This document shows positions 11,101-15,631 of a stretch of 32,000 bases of DNA, one piece after another. The notes under the pieces are model-generated. The model searched no databases. It was not told where the DNA came from and saw only the letters and a list, made by a program, of their open reading frames with translations. Source of the stretch: Nostoc punctiforme PCC 73102 (GTDB lineage Bacteria; Cyanobacteriota; Cyanobacteriia; Cyanobacteriales; Nostocaceae); NCBI RefSeq assembly GCF_000020025.1, contig NC_010628.1, forward strand, positions 3,720,001 to 3,752,000. The letters run 5' to 3'. Positions within the stretch are counted from its first letter, which is position 1. Every line of letters starts with the position of its first letter. A program made the position numbers and the translations under genes.

Positions 11101-14100
11101 CAAATCTCAGCTCGATGAGAAGGAGTAGATAAACTGGTGGCTTCTTTGCCAAGATAGCGCAGCAAGCCATAGCCAATCCCCTTGTGAGGAATCTGACGCA
11201 ACTGCTCTTTAATTGACTTAATAACATCCCCTTGATTATCTGTAACTCCCAGTTCTAACAACACCGGGAAAAGTGTTGTAAACCAACCGATAGTACGTGA
11301 TAAATCTACATCTGCAAAAATGTCTTCCCGCCCATGACCTTCCAACTCTAACAGCAGGGAGTTCGCACCAGCCCATTTACTCACAACCTGCACTAAAGCG
11401 GTTAACAATATATCATTAATTTGAGTGTTGTAAGCTTTTGGTACTTCTTGTAATAATGCTTGGGTTTGTGTATCATTCAATGATACTGATACAGTGGCAG
11501 CAGATGCAGCAGTGTTAGCACCTTTTTCAAAGTCCACTGGTAAACGCAACACTGGTGTTGTAGATTGTTTTTGCCAACAAGCTAATTCTTCTGATAAAGC
11601 TTCTGATTGTGCATATTCACTCAGTTGTTGCGCCCAATATTGAAAAGATGTTGTTTTGGCGGGTAGCTGAATCGTTTCACCACGGCTAAGTTGCTGATAA
11701 CCTGTCTGTAAGTCATCTAACAAAATCCGCCAAGAAACTCCATCAACCACTAAGTGGTGAATAATAATTAGTAATCGGCTTGGTTGGTCAATTCCCAGAG
11801 ACAATAAGGCAACGCGGATAATCGGTCCTGTTGATAGATTTAAGCTAGCCTGTAGTTGAGAAGCAGTAGCTTCAATAGCATTTTTTTGTTCTGTCTGTGT
11901 AACTGTAGATAAATCTATCTGCAAGAAAGGTACTATCTTATCCGGGACAGTGTGAGTTTGTTTCCAAGATTCACCTGGAATATAACGTAAACGCAATGTA
12001 TCGTGGTGTAGCAACAATTGCTGCAAAACGCGCTTTAAAATTTCTGGGTCTAAGTCTGATGGTACTGTCAACAGAACTGATTGGTTAAAATGGTGCGGCT
12101 CAGGCTGATTTTGCTCAAAAAACCAGTGTTGAATTGGTGTTAATGGCACTGTTCCTGTGACTAAACCTTGTTCTGCCTGGATGTTTTTAGTTGTGCCCGC
12201 TACTGCTGCTAACTCGGCAATGGTTTGATGCCCAAATAATTGTTTGGGACTTAAATTCAGTCCCGCCTGATTAGCTCTGGCAATAATTTGCAAACTGAGG
12301 ATGGAATCGCCGCCGAGTTCAAAGAAGTTATCGTGAATGCCTATTTGTTTGACTCCTAAAACCTCTGCCCAAATATCGACTAATATCTTTTCTGTAGGAG
12401 TTCTGGGGGCAATAAAGTTAACTTCTAGTTCAGGACGTGAATCAGGAGCAGGTAAGGCACGACGGTCTACTTTGCCGTTAGGCGTGAGAGGCAAGGCTTC
12501 TAAGAACACAAACGCTGAAGGCAACATATACTCAGGTAGTTTTGCCTTGAGGAATTGCCGTAAGTCGCTAATAGTTGGTGTTTGTTCTTGATTGCATACT
12601 AAATAAGCAACTAAGCGTTTACTTCGACTTACCTCGGCTGCGCTCGGCACGAGTCGCTCAGTACAAGTATCGCCGGGAATATCTTCTCTTGCTATGACTA
12701 CAGTTCCTTGCACATTTGGGTATTGGCTCAGTACTGCCTCTATCTCGCCCAATTCGATGCGGAAGCCGCGAATTTTTACTTGGTTGTCGATGCGTCCCAA
12801 ATACTCAATATTTCCATCAGCTGAATAACGCGCTAAATCCCCAGTTTTATACAGACGACTCCCGGATTTATCAAAGGGATTAGTAATAAATTTTTCTTGG
12901 GTCAAATCAGGTCGATTCAGGTAGCCTCGTGCTAAACCAACACCACCGATGTGCAACTCACCAGGTACACCAATTGGCACTGGTTGCAGATATTGGTCTA
13001 GTAAATAGGTTTGCACATTCTGTAGCGATCGCCCAATGAATATTTTTGACCCAAAACTAGACAAATTATACACTGTTGCTTCAACAGTGGTTTCTGTAGG
13101 CCCGTAAGCGTTGATTAATTGTGGGTATTGGCCAACATACTCCTGCCAAATTTTTAACTGTGCTGGTAGCGCTTGCTCTCCACCAATAATTACCAGGCGA
13201 ATAGAATTGGGTAATCTTAAATTGCTGTTAGCTAATTCTGAAGTTAGTTGATGCCAGTATGCTGTCGGCAAATCTAAAACTGTGAGTTCCCAATCTTGGC
13301 ATCTTTGCACAAATGTACTGATGGAAGTTAGCATTTCATCGGTGCGTAGCACTAGCGTTGCACCACAACTCAGACAGGGATAAATTTCTTCGGCGGCGAC
13401 ATCAAAACTAATCGATGCAAATTGTAAAATGCGTTGACAATAATTGATGCCATATTCAATTATTGCTGCTTGGATAAAATTTACTAAGGAATAATGTTGA
13501 ATCATTACTCCTTTGGGTTGACCTGTAGAACCTGATGTATAAATTACATAAGCAAGATTTGCTGATGTTACTTGGCTGATACAATTATCATTACTCAAAT
13601 GAGCATAGGCTTGCCAATCGCTATCTAAACTAACCACCTGCGCCCCATGTTCTGGTAGTCCCTTAACTAATTGCTGTTGCGTCACCAATACAGATACTTG
13701 GGAATCTGTCAACATATAAGCTAGTCGCTCTTGAGGATAATCAGGGTCAAGAGGTATATAAGCCCCACCCGCTTTGAGAATCCCCAACATTCCCACCACC
13801 ATGTCTAAGGAACGTTGCACACAAATACCAACTAACACCTCTGGGCCTACACCTAGACTTTGTAGGTAGTGTCCTAGTTGATTAGCTCGATTATTCAATT
13901 CGCGGTAGCTAAGTTTTTGGTCTGCAAACACTACTGCTACTGCATCTGGAGTCAGTTTTACTTGATTCTCAAATAACTCATGAATGCAAAGGTTTTCTGG
14001 ATAGTCTTTTTGCGTATCATTCCATTCCAACAATAATTTTTGCTCTTCTGCTGTTGTGAGCAAGGGCAATTGAGAAACGGGCATTTTTGGATAAGAAACA

Positions 14101-15494
14101 ATATTCTCTAATAAGGTTTGGAAATGACTCGCCATTCGCTCAATGGTAGTAGCATCAAACAAATCAGTATTATATTCCCAGGATGTTACTAATCCATTCC
14201 CAGCCTTGTGAATAGATAAAGTTAAATCAAACGCTGATGTTGAGCTTTCGACGGTAAATGAACTCAAAGTTAAGCCAGGAAGTTCCATTGCTGTCATTGG
14301 AGCATTATTCAGCACAAACATCACCTGAAATAGGGGTGTATGGCTTAAATCTCGTACTGGTTGTAATGCTTCTACCAACAGTTCAAACGGCAAATCTTGA
14401 TGAGCATAAGCCGCCGCCGTCACTTTTTGGACTTTCCTTAGTAATTCTTGAAAACTAGGATTACCTGATACATCAGTACGCAGGACTAAAGTGTTGATAA
14501 AAAAACCAATCAATCCTTCGATTTCACTACGATTACGGTTAGCAGTAGGGGAACCGACTAAAATATCCGTCTGTCCTGTATAACGGTAAAGTAAGATGTC
14601 AAACGCTGTTAACAGCGTCATAAACAACGTCACACCTTCTTGACGGCTCAGTAATTCCAGGGCTTGGGTTAATTCTAAAGGAAGTAAGAAGAATTGATGC
14701 GCTCCCCACATAGTTTGTACTTTCGGCCGGGGTCGGTCAGTAAGTAATTCTAATAAAGCTGGTGCTAGCGCGAGTTGTTTTCGCCAGTAATTGATTTGAG
14801 ATTCTTTAACATCACCTTGCAAAAATTGGCGCTGCCACACTGCAAAGTCAACATATTGAATGGCAAGTTCTGGTAAGGGTGAGACTTTACCTTGAGAAAA
14901 AGCAGTGTAAAGTTCTGCGGTTTCTTGGATAAAGATACCCATTGACCAGCCATCAGAAATAATGTGGTGCATACAGAACAGTAATACATGTTCTGTCTCG
15001 GATAGTGTCAACAATGAAGCCCGGATTAGAAATTCCCTAGCTAGGTCAAACTGGTACTTTGCTTCTGCTGTTGCCAGTTTTTGAGTTTCAATTTCTTGCT
15101 GATTTGCTGGCAAATGTTGTAAGTCTATTACTGTCATTGTCCAAGAATCTACAGGGCGGATAATTTGCACTGCTTGTCCATCTTGGGTAATAAAGTTAGC
15201 GCGTAAGGTTTCGTGGCGACGGATGATTTCGCTGAGGCTTTGTTGTAGCGCTACTGTATTTAGCTGACCTTGGAGGCGTACTGCGCCGGGTATATTATAA
15301 GCAGAACCGTTTGGCTCTAATTGGTCGAGGAACCATAAACGCTGTTGAGCAAAGGATAGGGGGAGAGATTTAAGTTCTTGATTGCGAAGAATTATTTGTT
15401 TAGGTGTAGCTTCTTGTTGTTGTTTTAGTTGCTTTAGTAGCAATTGTTGTTTCTGTGGAGAAAGATTTGCAAGTTGTTTTAATAAGTCACTCAT
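2118..15494 (-). CDS. Non-ribosomal peptide synthetase, three modules, terminating (C-A-T-E / C-A-T-E / C-A-T-TE), 4458 aa
   Basis: This is a single uninterrupted ORF. It has three HHxxxDG condensation motifs, two HHLxVDGVSW epimerase motifs, three SGSTGxPKG adenylation cores, three GG(D/H)S carrier motifs and a C-terminal GHSLGG thioesterase. The start is ATG at 15492-15494 and the stop is TAA at 2118-2120. Confidence 0.97.
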   Translation of the reverse strand: MSDLLKQLANLSPQKQQLLLKQLKQQQEATPKQIILRNQELKSLPLSFAQQRLWFLDQLEPNGSAYNIPGAVRLQGQLNTVALQQSLSEIIRRHETLRANFITQDGQAVQIIRPVDSWTMTVIDLQHLPANQQEIETQKLATAEAKYQFDLAREFLIRASLLTLSETEHVLLFCMHHIISDGWSMGIFIQETAELYTAFSQGKVSPLPELAIQYVDFAVWQRQFLQGDVKESQINYWRKQLALAPALLELLTDRPRPKVQTMWGAHQFFLLPLELTQALELLSRQEGVTLFMTLLTAFDILLYRYTGQTDILVGSPTANRNRSEIEGLIGFFINTLVLRTDVSGNPSFQELLRKVQKVTAAAYAHQDLPFELLVEALQPVRDLSHTPLFQVMFVLNNAPMTAMELPGLTLSSFTVESSTSAFDLTLSIHKAGNGLVTSWEYNTDLFDATTIERMASHFQTLLENIVSYPKMPVSQLPLLTTAEEQKLLLEWNDTQKDYPENLCIHELFENQVKLTPDAVAVVFADQKLSYRELNNRANQLGHYLQSLGVGPEVLVGICVQRSLDMVVGMLGILKAGGAYIPLDPDYPQERLAYMLTDSQVSVLVTQQQLVKGLPEHGAQVVSLDSDWQAYAHLSNDNCISQVTSANLAYVIYTSGSTGQPKGVMIQHYSLVNFIQAAIIEYGINYCQRILQFASISFDVAAEEIYPCLSCGATLVLRTDEMLTSISTFVQRCQDWELTVLDLPTAYWHQLTSELANSNLRLPNSIRLVIIGGEQALPAQLKIWQEYVGQYPQLINAYGPTETTVEATVYNLSSFGSKIFIGRSLQNVQTYLLDQYLQPVPIGVPGELHIGGVGLARGYLNRPDLTQEKFITNPFDKSGSRLYKTGDLARYSADGNIEYLGRIDNQVKIRGFRIELGEIEAVLSQYPNVQGTVVIAREDIPGDTCTERLVPSAAEVSRSKRLVAYLVCNQEQTPTISDLRQFLKAKLPEYMLPSAFVFLEALPLTPNGKVDRRALPAPDSRPELEVNFIAPRTPTEKILVDIWAEVLGVKQIGIHDNFFELGGDSILSLQIIARANQAGLNLSPKQLFGHQTIAELAAVAGTTKNIQAEQGLVTGTVPLTPIQHWFFEQNQPEPHHFNQSVLLTVPSDLDPEILKRVLQQLLLHHDTLRLRYIPGESWKQTHTVPDKIVPFLQIDLSTVTQTEQKNAIEATASQLQASLNLSTGPIIRVALLSLGIDQPSRLLIIIHHLVVDGVSWRILLDDLQTGYQQLSRGETIQLPAKTTSFQYWAQQLSEYAQSEALSEELACWQKQSTTPVLRLPVDFEKGANTAASAATVSVSLNDTQTQALLQEVPKAYNTQINDILLTALVQVVSKWAGANSLLLELEGHGREDIFADVDLSRTIGWFTTLFPVLLELGVTDNQGDVIKSIKEQLRQIPHKGIGYGLLRYLGKEATSLSTPSHRAEICFNYLGQFDQALSTSGSFQLATESAGASQSLYSDRSHILEINGLIVGGQLQINWTYSNNVHQHTTIENLAQEFIQALQALIAHCLSPEAGGYTPTDFPLAQLTQKQLDAELDKIKYQNLEDIYPLSPMQEGMLFHSVYEPESGVYFEQLSCTLKGNLELPAFEQAWQQVIARHSIFRTAFIWENHHQPLQVVYRQVKLPLEINDWRLLSPSEQQDKLEIFIKSEQQQGFQLSLAPLMRLNLIQLNADIYQFVWSHHHLLLDGWSLPLVLKEVFEFYEAICQGRNFNDKPSLPYRNYIAWLQKQDLEQAKVFWQEKLNGFSVPTPLTVEIPLSKRTNQSNYNTQQMQIGGDAIANIQTFTKQHKLTLNNLIQGAWALLLSRYSGQTDIVFGATVSGRPPELLGVESMVGLFINTLPVRITIPEDVEVLPWLKELQAQQVESEQYSYTPLVEIQGWSEIPGGMPLFESIVVFENYPVDASMQEQDSNLDIFDIHCIEQTNYPLTLLAAPGSELSISISYDTSRFEVATITRMLGHLQTIITAIATQPTQRLWKLPLLTKTEQNQLLKESENTQIKELPNQCIHELFELQVERSPDAIAIVYENEQLTYQELNTKANQLAHHLRSLGVSADILVGICVERSIEMLIGILGILKAGGAYVPLDPNYPQERLSFTLADSQVKVLITQQQLLPNLPENQAQILCIDSDWDFIAQSSANNPPRLTTPDNLAYIIYTSGSTGKPKGVLINHANIVRLFTATEEWFHFNQDDIWTLFHSFAFDFSVWEIWGALIKGGRLVIVPYWISRSPADFYQLLCKQQVTVLNQTPSAFGQLIQTEELIKTSESLALRWVIFGGEALELQSLKPWFERHGDKLPQLVNMYGITETTVHVTYRPITIADLSSNAGSVIGCPIPDLQVYILDQNRQLLPMGVPGEMYVGGAGLARGYLNREELTSKVFVAHPFNDDPNARLYKTGDLARYLGNGDLEYLGRIDNQVKIRGFRIELGEIEAAISQHPDVQATVVLARVDNPGDKRLVAYLVLNQQLAISVNELRQFLGSKLPQYMIPAAFVFLDVLPLTSNGKVDRSGLKAPESGRELENRFVAPRTPIEQMLSKIWAEVLGVEQIGIHDNFFELGGDSILSLQIIARANLAGVHLSPKQLFEHQTIALLAAVAGTTRKIQAQQGLVTGLVPLTPIQHWFFEQNQPEPHHYNQSVLLSVPSDLKPELLKRVLQQLLVHHDALRLRFTLKEESWQQVNADFEEAVSLSVVDLSTISPQEQLAALENIGGELQVQLNLSTGPLFKALLIKFGTNQSSRLLLIIHHLAVDGVSWRILLDDLQTGYQQLSRGEAIGLSTKTTSYQYWAQRLSEYAKSDALTEELIYWLNCSQKPVLPIPVDYVNGSNIVTSARLVSVSLNALETQALLQEVPRVYNTQINDILLTALAQVISKWTGSNLVRLNLEGHGREDIFDDVDLSRTIGWFTTIFPVLLELEATDNLGKTLKLVKEQLRHIPHKGIGYGVLRYLHPNKEITTQLQTSLPAQISFNYLGQFDQALDTSSGFKLADEPVGASQSLQSCRVHLLDIGGLISEGQLQIDWTYSSNIHQQSTVENLANEFIQTLQALIAHCLSPDAGGYTPSDFPLAKLTQAQLDVQLSKIKYQNLEDIYPLSPMQQGMLFHSLYAPESGAYFEQLSCTFKGNLKIENFEQAWQQVIDRHSVFRTGFIWENHHQPLQVVYRQVKLPLVIDDWQELSALEQQNKLNIFLESEARRGFQLSLAPLIRLNLIQLDADRYQFIWSHHHLLLDGWSLPLVLKEVFELYEAICEGKSFRFELIAAYKNYIAWLQQQDLAEAQRFWQQKLQGFTAPTPLMVDKPLTNRQQQSGYSEQEIHLSEPVTAALQAFAKNHQLTLNNLVQGAWSILLSRYSGETDVVFGATVSGRPPDLMGVESMVGLFINTLPVRVSVPAEMNLLPWLKELQAQQVECEQYSYTPLVEIQGWSEVPRSMPLFESIVVFENYPVDAAVQQQNGSLDVSNVQAGMEITDYPLTVTSVPGLRLLLSINYDSNRFDADAITRMLGHFQTLLEGMAANQEQQLWELPLLTASEQQQLLWEWNDTQKDYPQNQCVHELFAAQVKLTPDAVAVVFEDQQLTYRELNLRANQLAHYLQTLGVKPDVLVGICVERSLEMVVGILAIVKAGGAYVPLDPNYPSERLSYMLLDSQVSVLLTQQRLIEQLPQHQAKVVYLDSDWSLITQHSETNLVNHTTSKNLVYVIYTSGSTGQPKGVMVTHQNLVNAYLAWEDAYQLRSLCTSHLQMASFSFDVFSGDVVRSLCSGGKLVICPRELLLEPEKLYHLMQIQSIDCAEFVPAVLRNLIQYLERTEQDLSFMKLLIVGSDSWYIKDYQQFQRFISNETRLINSYGVTEATIDSSYFETAAVSLLSDGLVPIGEPFANTQIYILDQYQKPVPIGISGELYIGGSGVSCGYLNRPELTQEKFIANPFSQQESARLYKTGDLARYLSDGNIEYLERSDRQVKLRGFRIELGEIEAILSQHPQLQAVTVIVREDIKGDKRLVAYFVPYQEQTPTIIEMRSFLKSSLPDYMIPSAFVLLEFLPLTPNGKIDRRALPVPDINSLTIDTSFVPPLDIVEQQLTQIWSEILNIYPIGVKDDFFDLGGHSLLAVQLMAKIEQQFGKVLPLAVLFQNSTIENLGSILRQPMDTLSWSSLVPIQSNGYKRPFFCIPGAGGNSIYLYNLAHHLGRDQPFYALQALGLDGESTPHTSVEEMATHYIQAIQSVQTEGPYFLGGHSLGGMVAFEMACQLQKLGHKVALLALLDCGAPENIDNIDTVQQNVEIDDADWLNEIGFLFEQFYGKSLEISYEILQSLTPDTQLQYFQERLQMANLLPAGIGIKQLRGLMQVYKTNMQIVYTTQNIYENKITCFISSETENVSSENSESLEDTRLDWDNFSTKPLDIYVVPGNHATMLNEPNVQVLAEKLRTCIENAQVVN
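2121..2975 (-). other. Type I thioesterase (TE) release domain
   Basis: Contains PFFCIPGAGGNSIY and the nucleophile elbow GGHSLGG (Ser codon 2721-2723). The candidate Asp is in LLDCGAP and the candidate His in VPGNHATML. Confidence 0.9.
3010..3215 (-). other. Peptidyl carrier domain T3
   Basis: FFDLGGHSLLAVQLMAKI; Ser codon at 3111-3113. Confidence 0.9.
3546..3553. repeat. HIP1 palindrome GCGATCGC
   Basis: Exact 8-mer read in the sequence. Confidence 0.95.
4148..4155. repeat. HIP1 palindrome GCGATCGC
   Basis: Exact 8-mer read in the sequence. Confidence 0.95.
4850..6137 (-). other. Condensation domain C3, DCL-type
   Basis: Contains YPLSPMQQGMLFHS...YFEQ and SHHHLLLDGWS (HHH codons 5733-5741). 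It follows E2. Confidence 0.88.
6205..7582 (-). other. Epimerization domain E2
   Basis: Contains PLTPIQHWFFEQ, HHLAVDGVSWRILLDD (HH codons 7161-7166), EGHGRED and FNYLGQFD. Confidence 0.9.
7620..7820 (-). other. Peptidyl carrier domain T2 (epimerase-partner type)
   Basis: FFELGGDSILSLQIIARANLAGV; Ser codon at 7713-7715. Confidence 0.9.
7870..9365 (-). other. Adenylation domain A2, Thr-specific code
   Basis: The hand-read code is D-F-W-N-I-G-M-V-H-K (FDFSVWE, VLNQTPS, VIFGGEA, NMYGITETTVH; Lys codon 7881-7883). This is the canonical Thr signature. The junction PGD|KRLVAY at 8040/8041 is uninterrupted. Confidence 0.88.
9316..9323. repeat. HIP1 palindrome GCGATCGC
   Basis: Exact 8-mer. It encodes the AIA of PDAIAIVYE at the start of the A domain. 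Confidence 0.95.
9450..10745 (-). other. Condensation domain C2, DCL-type
   Basis: Contains YPLSPMQEGMLFHS...YFEQ and SHHHLLLDGWS (HHH codons 10332-10340). It directly follows an E domain. Confidence 0.88.
10045..10052. repeat. HIP1 palindrome GCGATCGC
   Basis: Exact 8-mer read in the sequence. Confidence 0.95.
10830..12170 (-). other. Epimerization domain E1
   Basis: Contains PLTPIQHWFFEQ, HHLVVDGVSWRILLDD (HH codons 11754-11759), EGHGRED and FNYLGQFD. Confidence 0.9.
12215..12410 (-). other. Peptidyl carrier domain T1 (epimerase-partner type)
   Basis: FFELGGDSILSLQIIARANQAGL; the phosphopantetheine Ser codon is at 12303-12305. Confidence 0.9.
12621..12668 (-). repeat. 48-nt composite mini-repeat inserted in frame (adds TCTERLVPSAAEVSRS): a 24-nt element with a related 24-nt element nested in it
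   Basis: The coding strand reads ACTTGTACTGAGCGA[CTCGTGCCGAGCGCAGCCGAGGTA]AGTCGAAGT. The outer 24 nt differ from the 27195-27218 copy at one position. The bracketed 24 nt align to the outer family at about 17 of 23 positions when shifted by one base. Confidence 0.75.
13025..13032. repeat. HIP1 palindrome GCGATCGC
   Basis: Exact 8-mer read in the sequence. Confidence 0.95.
14075..15365 (-). other. Condensation domain C1, LCL-type (accepts the PKS-bound intermediate)
   Basis: Contains LSFAQQRLWFLDQLEP and the active site CMHHIISDGWS (HH codons 14964-14969, residues 176-177). A Gln/Lys-rich 40-aa N-terminal linker precedes it. Boundaries are approximate. Confidence 0.85.
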
Positions 15495-15503
15495 TTAAAG
15501 CTT

Positions 15504-15508
15504 TTCCT
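15504..15508 (-). promoter_or_regulatory. Weak Shine-Dalgarno sequence (AGGAA) of the terminating NRPS gene
   Basis: The minus strand reads ATAGGAAAAGCTTTAA-ATG, with AGGAA 9 nt upstream of the ATG at 15494. Confidence 0.45.
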
Positions 15509-15631
15509 ATATGAATTGATGCGTTACTGATTGATGAATGGTATGAATATGAATTTTATTTCGCGCAAAGGCAAGAGTTTTAAACACTCGATTTGTAAAT
15601 TTTATCCTTTGATTTTGCAACGCCGATTTGA

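Larger units (their letters stand above)
12470..13990 (-). other. Adenylation domain A1, unusual triple-acidic pocket (cationic substrate suspected)
   Basis: Motifs: LSYRELNNRANQL, LAYVIYTSGSTGQPKGV, FDVAAEE, NAYGPTETT, YKTGDLARY, GRIDNQVKIRGFRIELGEIE, LPEYMLPS, PNGKVDR (Lys codon 12481-12483). The hand-read 10-residue code is D-V-E-D-I-G-A-V-E-K. It carries a 48-nt in-frame insertion at 12621-12668. Confidence 0.85.

Noticed and set aside
12337-12591. A family of mutually similar plus-strand ORFs, also at 23767-23964 and 26875-27165 (...GAGKARRSTLPLGVxGxxSKNTxAEGxxYSGxFxxRNCR...).
   Set aside because: They lie antisense to the conserved A10/T-domain region of three NRPS modules. Their similarity is a mirror image of sense-strand conservation, and their openness reflects codon bias. 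None has start-site signals.
12621-12668. The A8-A9 insertions, considered as remnants of an embedded tailoring domain such as the N-methyltransferase that sits between A8 and A9 in some NRPSs.
   Set aside because: They are only 8-16 residues long, whereas an M domain is about 400. They have repeat-like DNA structure, and one is absent from a near-identical paralog.
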